In this document: positions 43,891 to 58,638 of the stretch, piece by piece
Layout of the letters: each line of letters opens with the position of its first letter
Position numbering within the stretch: the first letter of the stretch is position 1
NCBI GenBank assembly: GCA_964016885.1
Contig: OZ024740.1
Span: forward strand, 324,074,001-324,138,000
Origin: Eledone cirrhosa
Taxonomy: Eukaryota
DNA length: 64,000 bases
Direction of reading: 5' to 3'
The notes under the pieces: model-generated
The model's input: only the letters and a program-made list of their open reading frames with translations
The model's database searches: none
What the model was told of the DNA's origin: nothing
Position numbers and translations under genes: made by a program

Positions 43891-44578
43891 CCTGTCGGAT
43901 ACCGTCTTGAGCCGACCACTCCAACGTAAATGCCTATCGCTATGTAGACGTTCGTTTGTTTGTGTAACTTGAAGAGACACTTGAATAGTTACTGAACATG
44001 TCCTATCCCCTATTCACACAACAACACTGTTGCTATTCACTCGAAGGACCTAAACTGCATTTTATTGACAGCAGACAAAAATATATTCAATAAGTGGTTT
44101 GCACGAATTTCCCATTTAGTTGTGACCTGCCAAGAAATCAAGAGATTTCTGAGACCAAAAATGAAATATTTACTCTCATCTCCACCCTTTCCCTCTATCA
44201 ACTTGGGAATGTGTAATACGAGAAAAATCACTTATCGGCCATTAAAGTCAAACCTACATTCTACACAGTTCTGGTGTTCATTTATCACTCGAAGAGACTC
44301 CTAAACCTTTTCTGCCCCTTCACTATCTCTCTCCCTACCAGTCTCTGCTCCTCTATTTCCGACTATCCTTCTCTCTACCCCTCACTCTATATAAATATCT
44401 AATTTTTCTTCTCTCTTTCTTCTTCATTGTATCACCTTTTATAAAGACTCTTCACACCTTTGCTTATATATTTTACACACCTTTATCTCTTAACATTTAT
44501 TTATTTCTATATAATTGTCCTAAATTCAACTTTATCACTTTTACTGCTTTTACAGTCCTACTCTTAACTATATATTAA

Positions 44579-44579
<1 letters not shown>

Positions 44580-44609
<30 letters not shown>

Positions 44610-44631
44610 GACTATATATATATATATATAT

Positions 44632-44688
<57 letters not shown>

Positions 44689-44793
44689 TATATATATATA
44701 TATATAGACTATATATATATATAGAGAGACTATATATATATATATATAGACTATATATATAGAGAGAGACTATATATATATATATATAGACTA

Positions 44794-44830
<37 letters not shown>

Positions 44831-45034
44831 TATATATATATATATATAGACTATATATATATATATATAGACTATATATATATATAGACTATATATATAT
44901 ATATATATTGACTATATATATATATAGAGAGACTATATATATATATATATAGACTATATATATAGAGACTATATATATATATATATAGACTATATTTATA
45001 TATATATATAGACTATATATATATATATATATAT

Positions 45035-45073
<39 letters not shown>

Positions 45074-45138
45074 TATATATATATAGAGAGAGAGAGAGAC
45101 ACACAAATACACATATATTATATATATGTATACACACA

Positions 45139-45234
<96 letters not shown>

Positions 45235-45299
45235 TGTGTGTATACATATATATAATATATGTGTATTTGTGTGTCTCTCTCTCTCTCTATATATATATA

Positions 45300-45358
<59 letters not shown>

Positions 45359-45420
45359 ATATATATATATATATATATATAGTCTATATATATATATAAA
45401 TATAGTCTATATATATATAC
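44580..45420. repeat. (TA)n/TAGAC array containing a long inverted duplication centred on (TA)n near 45190
   Basis: GAGACACACAAATACACATATATTATATATGTATACACACAGAC is mirrored exactly at about 45232-45275. Confidence 0.85.
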
Positions 45421-46144
45421 ACACATACAACCACACCGATCACCATTCTTCCCTTTTTATTTTTTACACATCAGCTTTTCTACTTTAGCGCAGTATAACA
45501 GTATCACTGCCAGTTTATCATTCCATTACTCTCTAAATCTATCACTTTAAACATCCCTCTCAGTCCTTCTATATATCATCCACTATCTCTCTCACAATTT
45601 AGTACCGTATCACTCTCTATCACTCTCCTCTGACTAGAAATAACAGGTAAATATCACGCAATTCACATGCTACCCTCTTTAAAATGAAAGGATACGCGGA
45701 ATAATATAATCCAAGATACACTATATATTCTGTCCCTTTACTACTTGCTTTTTTTTTTTGTTAATTATTTTGTTGCTTTCATTCATTTGATTGTAGTCAT
45801 GCTGGAGCATTGCCTTAAAGGGACAATCTGGACAATCATATCGCCCCTAGTGCATAGGTTTTCGAATCTGATATTTATTTTATAGATTTATTTTTGTCGA
45901 AATTACTAAGTTACATGTCATATAGAGACTCGTCACCCTACCAAATGTTACCAAAACCCGAGGTTATAGTAGAAGGCCTTTAACGAAGGTGATACACTGT
46001 GGGTTTGAACCAGATTGTTAGGCAGGTGAGAAGTGAAATCACTAAACATCGTGACTGAATAAAAAGAATAAAACAAAAGTAAACAACAAGACTTATACCG
46101 ATGAAATTGTCTTTGATAAAGACTGACTTGGAATTAAATAACAG

Positions 46145-46648
46145 GCACAACATCACCACAACACCAGCACATATAGCAATACTACTACCACCACTACCAC
46201 TAACATCAACAACACCACAGCCACTACCACTAACAGCAACACCACCACCACCACCACCACCACCACCACTAACAACAGCAACACCACCACCACCACAGCT
46301 AACAACCACCACCACCACTAACAACAATAGCAGCACACCACCACCACTAACAAAAACACCACCACCGCCGCCATCACCGCTAACACCAACACCACAACCA
46401 CCACCGCTAACAACAATAACCGCAACACCACAACCAACATCAACAGCAGTAACACCACAACCACCGCCATCGCCGCTAACAACAACATCACAACCACCAC
46501 CACCAACACCATCACCACCACTAACAACAACAGCAGTAACACCACAACCACCGCTATCACCGCTAACAACAACACCACCACCACCACCACCACCAGCGGT
46601 AACACCACCACCACCACCACAACCACCACCACCAACAACAGCAGCAAT
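46145..46648. repeat. Degenerate (CCA/ACA)n triplet array
   Basis: Direct reading. Confidence 0.9.
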
Positions 46649-47143
46649 ACCAAAGAATATTTTATTCCATGTTTTTCAAAGAAATGTTCCTTAATGAGTC
46701 ATTAAATTATTTTTTATGTCTATCTGATTTCTTTATCTCTTGCCTGGGTAAAATGCCGTCTCCCCCACCATCTGAACTCTCATTCCCCTCCATCCATCAG
46801 AGGGATATGTCTGCAGTAAAACCCATGTTCTGATTTCTCGATTGATTTAGAAACAACTCTCGTAGTTACTCATATTTTTATCCCCTCTATATTATTTGTT
46901 TTATTTTTAATCTTATTTGCCTTAAACCACCGAAATGATAAGTTTCGCATCTTGAAACATAATGCTTATCTGATCCTCGTCCAGCTATCCCCACCACTGC
47001 CACTGCTATCATGACCATCACCACAACTATCATCATCATCACCATTGTTGCCTCAACCACAATAATCAACAACGATGACAATTACAAAGGGAATTTGTTT
47101 ACCATTCTGCCATTATCACTTCATACACACACATACATACACC

Positions 47144-47198
<55 letters not shown>

Positions 47199-47344
47199 AC
47201 ACACACCAATACACACACACAGTCTAATATATAGTAGGGTTAAGAACAACTTCGTACTAATTTCATGTTTGTCTTCCAGGCGTTCTTTATTAAAACCCGA
47301 GACATGTGCCAGGCCTTTCCCAATTTTTTTGCTGTTAAAGTGTG

Positions 47345-47416
<72 letters not shown>

Positions 47417-47757
47417 TATATTACTAAACAGAGAATGTCTGTTTGTCTGTCTGTCTGTACAATCACTAAAACTCGAGAACCACCCAACCGATTGTTTTCA
47501 AACTTTACACATGTAATACTTATGGTCCTATTGAATGTTCTGAGCAAAAACAATTTTCAAATGTTCAATGCCCTAGGAACCGACCGCATTAGGCGATTTA
47601 GCGATCTCTTTCTCTCTGTTTTGTCTTTCTCTTTTTAGATAGATACATAGATATTACGTTGCGCCCTTATAATATCTGTCTGTATGCCTGGCTGTCTGCA
47701 TTACATCATTATGACGCGGTGTGTGTGTGTGTGTGTGTGTATGTATATATATATATA

Positions 47758-47819
<62 letters not shown>

Positions 47820-47872
47820 TGTGTAACGTTTTTCGAAATATTACTTCTGCGTTCACAGATTTATTATTTTAA

Positions 47873-47919
47873 TTTCAGAAGATCCCGTTAAGGGTGAAAG
47901 CAGCGATTCTTTGCTTAAA
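47873..47919 (+). ncRNA. Hammerhead-like fold with CAGAAGA (U4A) core
   Basis: TTT CAGAAGA T CCC gttaa GGG T GAAA GCA gcgattctt TGC TT AAA. Confidence 0.55.
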
Positions 47920-48579
47920 CTTTAATCTGTTATTTTAATAAATAAATAAATATATCCTAAACGGACGGTAGTCCGTTTAGTAATATTGTTGTGGTCGTGT
48001 TTTCGTTGGCAATCGTCTGTTTACGACAGTACAGCGCGGCTCTACTTTATTTAACCGAGATAAAACTTATATGAGCATGAACAGTAGATCATTACGCATC
48101 TTTTGGCTTAAAAATCTAGAAATTTGGTCCAGCGGGAAAAAGTTTATAATCAAAGTTCGCTGATAAATCTTGTGTTCAATTGAGCGAGTAGTAAGCGTGA
48201 CGCTAGGGGAGGTAATCCAGAAATGACGACGTTTGGAAAAGTTTAATTACTGCATGAAAGAAATGATTCAAAATTGAACTTGCCCAATCTTCACAACATT
48301 GAAAATTGGTCAAAATTTGACAAATCTGACTTCAAACCAGATATGATTCATTTGAACAATGTTGGAAATCTTAAATTGACACACATTTTTGCCACCTGAT
48401 CCTTGTTCTATGGCTGACTGACTAATTTTGTGACTTAATAAAATGTCATCATACTAGTAATCCACAATGGTCATTTTTAAATTTTAATTTTATTAAATAG
48501 TTGTTGCTTGCATTGCCTTAAAATAGTAACAAGAATGTACACATACTTTTTAAAAATACATCATTATCAGTCAAATCAG

Positions 48580-48939
48580 TCAAATGTTACTAAAAGCCAG
48601 GTGGTCGATAACAACTTCTATAAGATTAGTTACATGTTCACACATTGGATCACCTCCCATCAATGGCATTGGGTGTCTGAGATAATCGTGGAGATAACTG
48701 ATGAAGTCACAAATGAAGTGATGGTCTTCCAGTGTGAACAACTCCTTATATCCATTGATATATGTGATGGCTTCCGATTCATAGGTGCATTTTATGAGGA
48801 ATTCCATGCATTCGATTTTCAGTGATTCAATGGGCATTTTATCAGAGATGATAAGGTATTTGACCACGTTTTGCTTTGTAAGTAAATTGGAGAGAATCAC
48901 TGCAGTCAAAGTCATTTCTTTGCATGGGTTTTTGTCCAT
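48580..48939 (-). CDS. Exon-like 119-codon ORF of unknown function inside the Helitron
   Basis: High-complexity, protein-like composition. Preceded on the minus strand by TTATCATTTTAACTTTTTAG (acceptor-like). No family recognised. Confidence 0.4.
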   Translation of the reverse strand: MDKNPCKEMTLTAVILSNLLTKQNVVKYLIISDKMPIESLKIECMEFLIKCTYESEAITYINGYKELFTLEDHHFICDFISYLHDYLRHPMPLMGGDPMCEHVTNLIEVVIDHLAFSNI

Positions 48940-49054
48940 TCTAAAAAGTTAAAATGATAAAGTATTACTACTATATAACTTACATCTATTGTTGTAACAA
49001 CATTGAAATGCACAAGTTTCACCAATTCACTATTATTCACTAATCATTTTTTAT

Positions 49055-49180
49055 TTCTTGTCCAATTCTTTAAAGTTTTATCTTAGTTTCTTGTCCTATT
49101 CTTTTAAAGTTTTATCTTAGTTTCTTGTCCTATTCTTTTAAAGTTTTATTTTAGCTTCTTGTCCTGTATTTTTAAAGGTT
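49055..49180. repeat. ~33-bp tandem repeat, about 4 copies
   Basis: TTCTTGTCCTATTCTTTTAAAGTTTTATCTTAGT. Confidence 0.85.
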
Positions 49181-49902
49181 TATATTCCAACAATATTACT
49201 TTTTTTTGCTGTACGCATTTTTCTATCTGGTATATATATATTCGGGTACAGATATTTTTGCATGCACATATAAACAAAAGTATTTATTTCGCGATAAAGT
49301 GTTGATTTTCTTCGAACGGAAAAAAACCCTGGTAATGTACGACGAACTTTTTTATAAGCACAAAATGTAGACACCAACCCGAAGCCGAGGTACTCCGTAC
49401 TTCTCTCTACTGTTATTTATATATTCGTGTACAGATATTTTTGCATACACAATAACAAAATATAAACAAACGTATTTACATCACGAGGCTCGAGAAGGAT
49501 AAATAAATATATATCAAATATATAAGAACCCTATAGCAAATCCCGAGCAACGCCGGACCATTCTGCTAGTATATATAAATGTCTCATGAATGAAACAGTT
49601 CTAGTCCTGTAGAGGCCATTTATAATGTGTGTGTGTTTGTGTGTCTGTGTGAGTGTGTATATATATATATATATATGCAAAAGGTAAACGGAAACAACAC
49701 AGTACAAGAGGAAATATATTAGTTTTTACATATCAGTTTTTACGTTTCGGACATTAAGATGAGAAATAAAAAGCTAGAGAGTGAGCAGGGGAATGAATAG
49801 GGGAAAACATGTACTTGAGAAATAACCGTGTGTATTCAGTCAGACATTTTGGAAAGTGAGAGGGTGTGTGTGTGTGAGGGCAGGAGAGAGAGGAGGTGAG
49901 TG

Positions 49903-49966
<64 letters not shown>

Positions 49967-50003
49967 ATGTGAGAAAAACCACAGACCCTCCATCTCAACT
50001 CTA

Positions 50004-50036
50004 CTTTTGAAAAGCAGAACTGCGAAACCGGTAAAG
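50004..50036 (+). ncRNA. Minimal hammerhead candidate with U3-A8 in place of C3-G8
   Basis: CTT TTGAAAA GCAG aa CTGC GAAA CCGG TA AAG. Palindromic CCGG, GUA site, then AAATAAA. Confidence 0.55.
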
Positions 50037-50168
50037 GAACCAAATAAATATATATATATTTTTTTAAATAAGACTCCAGTTGCATTTTCGATTTCATCTT
50101 TTTTTCTTTATACTTTCACTCGTGTAGGACACCTCGGTTATTTTTCATTCTGTAAAAAAAAAACTCAC

Positions 50169-50240
<72 letters not shown>

Positions 50241-50348
50241 TATTTTCCCACATCTTACGTTAATTATTTTCCATTTTGACGTTATAGTCACTTATATATT
50301 ATGAAATACCGTTGGCTTCACGCTCACAATAATTTCTATACTTTCATT

Positions 50349-50507
<159 letters not shown>

Positions 50508-50700
50508 GTCCATACTGTCGTCAAAGATACGTCTGTTTTTCAGTTTCAATTTCTCGTATTTTCTAATATGGCCTCGAGAGTTGGTAATTTTATAGACGTT
50601 TCCACACCTTTCGAATGTTTCTAATAAAGAAACTGAAACTGGAATGCAGTTGTATCTTCAACTATACATGTATAAAAGAAGGGCTGCTGCCTACATATAG

Positions 50701-50833
<133 letters not shown>

Positions 50834-51236
50834 CGTGCGTGTGAAAGAGAGAGAGAGTTTTATAAAATAAATTAACTCCATTATGGCGCCAATTCACGTC
50901 TTTTCAATTGGCATGTGCTGCAGTTATATATTGACTGCCAACTACTTCGTTGTAATGTGTATGTGTGTACACAACAAACACACACACATCGTCAAGTATG
51001 AAATTTGTAGAAAAAACGACCATATGCCTCACTACAAATTTCATACTTGACGACCATATATATATATATGTATATACATCGTCAAGTATGAAATTTGTAG
51101 AAAAAAACACATGACCATATGCCTCACTACAAATTTCATGTTTTACGACCCGATATATATACATATATACATACACTTACATACTCATGAACATACACAT
51201 CGTCGTTTAAGTGAGTTAGACCTATAGATAGATAGT

Positions 51237-51288
<52 letters not shown>

Positions 51289-51494
51289 CACACACACACA
51301 CACACACACAAAGATTGTATATGTTTGTATGTATGTGAGCATGTGTGGAGAGGATATAAACCCCGAACCCCGTTGGCTGATATTCCCCAGCATTCCTAAT
51401 AAATCTATATCATCAATCATATGAAATCTAGAGAGTAATAGCGGGTGTATTGAGTGCGGAGTACACATTCACATGAAATTGGAAGTGTTGTATG

Positions 51495-51546
<52 letters not shown>

Positions 51547-51549
<3 letters not shown>

Positions 51550-51636
51550 GGTGTCCCCCCAACAAATGTGTACACATATTTATTGGAATGCTGTTGAAGT
51601 GTATATACATTTTTTGGGGGGTGGGGGACACTCTGT
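51547..51636. mobile_element. Tiny Tc1/mariner-like MITE
   Basis: AGGGTGTCCCCCC..AAATGTGTACAC / GTATATACATTT..GGGGGACACTCTG|TA. Confidence 0.6.
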
Positions 51637-51729
51637 ATATATATTTATACACACTAACATCTCTCTTTACATACATATATATATATACTCACACATAAAT
51701 CTCTCTCTCTCTCTCTCACTCTGTGTATA

Positions 51730-51953
51730 TATCGACAGTCGATTGACGTTCGTCAAATCGGAACGAGGAAACAATGTTTCCATTGGTCTTTCCAATTGCT
51801 AATACTATCTATAGGCCGCAACTCCAGGAGTAGAAGGAGTAATGTGTCTTGCCCAAGGACATAACGCATCACCTAGTCCGGGAATCAAAAATCCAAAAAT
51901 CACAATCTCACGATTGCGAATTCAATTCTCTAACCACTCAGCCACGCGCCTTC
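51730..51953 (-). mobile_element. CORE-type SINE, same subfamily as 10886-11095
   Basis: Reverse complement of the 10886 copy, including the GGAAACAATGTTTCCATTGGTCTTTCCA tail. Confidence 0.75.
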
Positions 51954-53015
51954 ACTGAATGTGTGTTTATATATATATATATATATATACACATACACAT
52001 TGTTAGAAGGTGTGTTATAACCCCAGTAATTAAGGCAATACTGGTCGTAGAAGTTGACACAGGTGATAGATTGTGGTAGTGGGATATGTTTGGGAAGAGG
52101 AGATATATAATGGTGGGGAACATACCGCCGGGAAATGTGATAGAATCAGGGGTGAGAGAGGGAGACAGGCAAACAGATAATTGGAATAGCAAAATAAAAC
52201 AACATGCCGTTGTTTCTAAATCGATACATTCCGATGTGTGTGTGTAAAATGTTTGTGTTTTTAGAAAGATTGTTTATCCAATATATAACACACACTCCTG
52301 TAGTGGAAACACGCATACCTCTATAGGATCGTAATTTTGTATACATACTCATTTGATAATGGGTCCCAATTTTAGGCAAAAGCCAGCAGTTTCGGAGGAG
52401 TGTTACGTCGATTATATCAACCCCAGTGCTTGACTGGTCCTTTATCGCAATTAATCTACGAAGGATGAAAGCAAAGTAACGTTGGAGTCATTTAAACTCA
52501 GAACTTAATAAACCGAAACAAAATGGTGTAAAGCAGTTTATTTTGTCCGTCGATTAAACGATTCTGCCATCAACCACCCTCCGTACACATTAAATAATTC
52601 TTTCTAACGTTGGCATAATGCGAGAAATTGGGAGGGAGGGATAAATTGATTTGATCTATCCGAATACTTAACTGGTACTTTATTTTATTGACCCCAGGCG
52701 GATGAAAACAAAGTTATCCTCGGCGGGATTTGAACTCAGAACGTAGAGTCGTAACAAAAGATTCTGCTAATCCATTTCCCCAGGACATACCTGTTTCATA
52801 ATACGTTCCAGCTCAGACACACGTTAATTTCATGAGCAAGCTGTTCTGGTGATCGTAAAACTGGAACACTCATCATCGAAACCAGCCTAAGCTCATAGCA
52901 CGAGTGAGTGTGTGTATATGAATATATTATATATATATATCCACACAGCATCTCACCATGCTTTGAGTACTCCTATGATTTGTGGTCCCTTCGGTCTCAG
53001 CACCTCTCTCTCTCC

Positions 53016-53073
<58 letters not shown>

Positions 53074-53548
53074 GCCCTTTACGATGCTTGGGTTTCATTT
53101 CTGTCAGCTGGAATTTTGTAATAAACCATTCAAAGAAATATGATTTATCCATTTATTGTTCCATTCCAACTATATCATGTTTACTTTGCACTGAAGAATT
53201 TTTTTGGCACTGCTTAGGGTAGAAATTCTAGCTTAGCATCTAAAATTGAAGATTTATCACCATCACCATTATAACCACCAGCACCGCCGCCTCCATCTAT
53301 ACGAATCAGTATCAAGAACATCAGTAACATCACAAACACAACTACCGCCATTTATCATCATCACCATCAATATCCTCAGCCACGTCATCAACAAGATCAA
53401 CATCATTTTCAACTCAACATCAATATTATAAATAACATCAACATCATCATCATCATCGTTATGGTTAAATAAACAACAAAAAAATCTAGAAAACTATGTT
53501 AGTCATCTATCATCAGTGTGTTTATAGTACCATCTGAATGCGTGAGTG

Positions 53549-53626
<78 letters not shown>

Positions 53627-53829
53627 GTTGTTACATGTTTTCAAAGAACAATGAGAGTAGTTAGGTTCCTGAGGAATTCTTATGGTGCAAATTCCTTCTA
53701 TCTTTGCTGACTTTCTTTCAATAGGTCAACAACAGCAACATATTAGAGATTCATAGATTCATAATTCTGAGGGAAACAGCACCTGAATCTCGGTAAAAAT
53801 TCACGGAATGGAATGGGCTTTCGTTTGTT

Positions 53830-54215
53830 TCAACGATGAATGTTCCAGATACTCGATCAACGGTGCAGCTTAGTCCTGGAATTAGCGTGAAAGTTGCTAA
53901 TCACATGTCCAGAACACGCTCACGTCTAGAACACATTTGATCCGACGCTCATTGGTGGAATACATTTGATCTAATGTTGAGAACACGTTTCTTCACACTT
54001 TCACGACTGGAACACGTTTGATATTATGCCTAGAGCACATTTAATCAGGCGTTCAAGGCTGGAATACATCTGATCGTAGGTTTAGACTATATTCACAGCT
54101 ATAACACATCTGGTAATATGTGTAGAAAAGATTCGCGACTAGATCACATTCAGAATTAGAAAACATTTGATCAATGGTTTCGAACACGCTCACGACAGGA
54201 ACTCATTTGATCCTA
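53830..54215. repeat. Decayed short tandem array (GAACACATTTGATC motif)
   Basis: Motif recurs about 10 times with variation. Confidence 0.6.
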
Positions 54216-54473
54216 GCTCTGGTCGGTTAAGGTTAAATAAACTTCAACAATAAGCATGCGATATTATTTAGAAAACAAATATTGTATACAATAGACGAGC
54301 AATACTGTGAGTGTTTGTGCTTACCTCTAGGTTGTGTATGTATATTTTATAGAAAACACGTGTTTACAATGTCAATTTCTCTACACATATGCGCACACCA
54401 TTTATTTTTAACAGAAAAATTATATAAAAATGTTTAAAGGGAAATAAAACAAAAACGACAGCAGCGATTACAT

Positions 54474-54572
<99 letters not shown>

Positions 54573-54763
54573 GAACTATATCGTCTCTGTCTGTTGTTCA
54601 TCAGATGTTGAGATTATTGTGTTTATGTGTTTATAACCTTAAAAAAACTATTTTAACGACTGAAGTAACATTGACAATGGTCGACTATGGAAAAACATTA
54701 TAAAGTAGCATAGTTAGAACATTACGTGTCATTTCATTTTTCTACGCCCCCCGGCCCCCTATC

Positions 54764-54834
<71 letters not shown>

Positions 54835-54968
54835 TTAAAATACAGCAATAGAATTTAAAACATTCAAACATTAACTGAAGGAGCACTGAGTACATTCGTG
54901 TGGCGTATAGAAATTAATTTTCTAAGCAGGAAAGTGGCGTTGACTTACAAGTTTCTGCTTGATTGCTT

Positions 54969-55060
<92 letters not shown>

Positions 55061-55131
55061 GGGAAGAGGGAGAGAGAAGGTGAGTGATTGAGTGGTTAGA
55101 GAATTGGAGGGCGGTGAAGGGAGAGAGAAAG

Positions 55132-55230
55132 AGTTCCACAACAAATTAGCAAACCATACTCGAGGACGGGCGTTTCACGGAACAAATTTCGTGCATCCTC
55201 GAGAATGGTTTGCTAATTTGTTATGGAACT
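55132..55230. other. ~99-nt hairpin with 35-bp arms enclosing a decayed hammerhead-like junction on the minus strand
   Basis: AGTTCCACAACAAATTAGCAAACCATACTCGAGGA / TCCTCGAGAATGGTTTGCTAATTTGTTATGGAACT. Confidence 0.7.
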
Positions 55231-55301
55231 AACTCTATACCAAATTCGTCGTCAGGACTGAGTGCTCTATTTACTACGGATATAACTTCCGGATTTTTCA
55301 C

Positions 55302-55344
<43 letters not shown>

Positions 55345-55345
<1 letters not shown>

Positions 55346-55521
55346 ATAATTGTTTTTACTTTTGGCACAAGGCCACCAATTATCCCAGTGTATTACTGGT
55401 ACTTTATTTTATCGACCCCGTAAGGATGAAAGGCAAAGTTAACCTCGGCGGGATTTGAACTCAAACCATAGAGGGCCGTAACTCTTTGCTGCAAAGCATG
55501 GCGTCCGACCCTCTACCGATA
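55345..55521 (-). mobile_element. SINE family A copy (near consensus)
   Basis: Reverse core and head. Confidence 0.85.
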
Positions 55522-55630
55522 CATAGTAATAATAATAAATTTGAAGACTAAAAAGTATCGTCTTCCTGTCTTCCTTCGGTTGCGACGTTTTTTGAAATAT
55601 TTACTTCTGCGTTCACATATTAACATTTTT

Positions 55631-55681
55631 AGTTTCAGAAGATCCCGTTAAGGGTGAAAGCAGGGATTCTTTGCTTAAACT
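55631..55681 (+). ncRNA. Hammerhead-like fold with CAGAAGA (U4A) core
   Basis: AGTTT CAGAAGA T CCC gttaa GGG T GAAA GCA gggattctt TGC TT AAACT, then AATAAA and TA. Confidence 0.6.
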
Positions 55682-56102
55682 TTAATCTGTTATTTTAATA
55701 AATAAATATATATATATTTTCTCTCGCTCGCTCTCTTGAATCTTCAGTACTGACCAATACAGCTACTAGTTAAAATCATTACCTATTCAGCTCTCCCTCT
55801 GGCTATATCTCCGCTCCTTTTTCCTATTTTCAATATCCACTACCACCACTAATACCATTCCATTTATCTATCCATAACTATTTCATGAGGGCACTAACAC
55901 TTTTGTTCAGTCTGAATGTAATAATAAGAATATTAAACTTATTGATGTAGTATTTGTTTAGCAACTGACATGATCTGAGTGTGTTTAGAAACTAATGCAA
56001 ATACAGTGTGGGAGGAAATCTTGGCCACATATGTCCCTGTCTGGTGACTTGATACACAGGACACACTTCAGAGTAACAAGATAGAAGTATGGTTTTAATA
56101 AA

Positions 56103-56159
<57 letters not shown>

Positions 56160-58304
56160 CCACACACACAATGCGTAGAAATATCCATGATCCCCAGCAG
56201 ACAACGGATAAAGGAACATTTTCTCCCGTTCGTGCTTTCCTCTTATTTATAAGTACACCTTATCAAGCAACTACACAGCCCCTCTTTCTTCTTACGTTTA
56301 TATATATACATATTTATATAAACATATATATATAAATTTGTTTCATATATATATATATATACATACATACATACACATCAACCCATACACACCTGTTACC
56401 TGGTTATACATAGGTCACATATACATCATCTCGGATTAATGATTAATGTCACATAGTATTTAGGGATTGATATTAGGGTTAATGCAGTTAGGCCTTGACA
56501 TTCCTTCTTCCCAAGTAAACATAGAGCAGAGAAACAAACAGGAAATAAAATAGGGAGAGAAAGAGGAGAAGTGGGGGAGAGGTTGACGGAGGGAGAAGTT
56601 GTCGGCGGGAGTGAGAAACGACGCGTGGGTGGGGGAAAGAGATAAAGAAAGTTAGGTATAATGTAAAAAGGAAGTGTAAAAGGAGAGAAGAAAAAATAGA
56701 CAATATAAAAATATATTGAAATTATTCAATTATAAAAGGGGGATGAAGGTAATAGTGATTGAATAGGATTGGGAAGATGTAAAACGGAAGAGAGAAAGAG
56801 AAGGAGAAAGAGTGGAGAGTGAGAGAGGACGGGTTTGAAATTATAAATGAAGTAGAAGAAAAATATAACAATGACGAGAGAGAATTTTTTTAGTTAAACA
56901 CTTTGATAAAATCTGGGACAGTGTTGAGAAGATTGAAGGAGGCATAGGGTAATGAGAACGAAAAAAGGGAGAAAGAGAGAGAGGGGGAGAAAGAGAGAGA
57001 GGGGAAGAGAGAGAGAGAGATGTGGGAAGCAGGTGTATGTTCCAGTTATGGGAAAAACTGGAACTATTAATTTTATTGTAGCATTGTGTAAGTGGTTGTC
57101 TGTGTTCACACACACACACACACACACACACTTGCACTATTAAATGTAGACCTTAGAGAGATGCACCGTGACATAGCCTGATTATTACTGCAATAGAAGG
57201 TTGAGTATTCCGCAAATACTATTTGTACTCTTGATATAAAATATTCAGGAGACGTTTCGATTTTAATTACAGCTACATTCTATTTTCTATTATAGAGTAA
57301 CTGGTTGAATATTCCATAGACACCTCGGACCAGCGGCAGACGTGTCTACGATTCGTTTTAATGTCCTGCTTCCATCGTTCTAGCGGGTATTACACAATAA
57401 CCTCGTGTACCTAGGAGAATAAAGGTTATTTTCAATAGACCAGTTAGAATAAAGGTTAGTTTCAACTTACCACTGTACATTTGATAAATATTTATCATGT
57501 CTATATGATATGCATGCGTTCTCCGCTTTCTCGGAGAATGGCAAGGGACGTTACCGACTTCAGTGCAGTGGCCCCAACTGGGAATTTGGGTAACGGTTCA
57601 CGGAATTTATATTTACATTTAAATTAAATCAGAGAAAGAAAGGGTTCGCGGAAAGTGGACCTACCTTTGACTACTATACGTATTCGCATTACCAAATACT
57701 AATTAAACCCGTATTTAAAACATAGAAAAAAAATAGGGTTAGGAGAAGTATCTCTAAAGATAAATCGAAATCCACTGACCAACCGTATTACATATCAAGC
57801 TGTGCACGTGATAAACTGCTAACAACAACCTGCTCACGTGATCAATTTTATAATTAACTACAAACTCCCGGCGCCAACATGAATATTTCTCATTTAGGCA
57901 CGACGCTAGCAATATTAAGAGGTGGAACCACTCGATTATATCGACCGCAGTACTTGACAAGTATTTTATTTTATCGACTCCGGAATGGCGGCGTTGACCT
58001 CTGCAGGATTTGAACTCAGGATGTGAAGAGTCGAAATAAATACTGTTACATATTTGTCCAACGTACTTACGATTCAGCCACAGCACTGTCCTGTACGTGA
58101 CCTGCATAATAAACACAAATTTATTCTACTTCCGCCAGTTTCGTCTTTCGCTAAATATGATGTGATGGATCTTCGCCGGTTACGACGATCCATATTGCAG
58201 TTGTTCGACCAACGAAGTAGTCTGGTCGGGAAATTAACTTGCAATGGCTGAGCATTCCACTGACACGTAACGTCGTTTTAGGGGTGATTCAAATAGATCA
58301 AGTA

Positions 58305-58358
<54 letters not shown>

Positions 58359-58638
58359 GGGAAGAAAGAGGAAGACTGCGTGGTTGCACATGGGTTACAT
58401 ATTATAAAATTAGTCCTTCATCAGTGATTTGCCAACAATCATTGGTATTTCATCGCATTAAAAATCATATACCTCAGGTTGGTGCGAGCAATAACTAAAA
58501 TAAGCTATTGGGACAAGTGAATCGCGTAAAGCGAGTGAGACAAGTAAACAACATAGAAGGAAAAGCAAATATAAATGGAATAGAATGAAACGAAATTTCA
58601 TGTCTCACTCTTAGTACGGCACTTACTTAAATGTAAGT

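Larger units (their letters stand above)
47415..49569 (+). mobile_element. Non-autonomous Helitron (~2.15 kb) with internal cargo
   Basis: 5' TCTATATTACTAAA..GTCTGTCTGTCTG; 3' CCCGAGCAACGCCGG hairpin plus CTAG|T, nearly the same 3' end as 8088-9036. The 5' flank is G rather than the canonical A. Confidence 0.7.

Noticed and set aside
46101-46694. Pro/Thr-rich mucin- or extensin-like ORF
   Set aside because: It is explained by degenerate (CCA)n, with no signal peptide or splice evidence.
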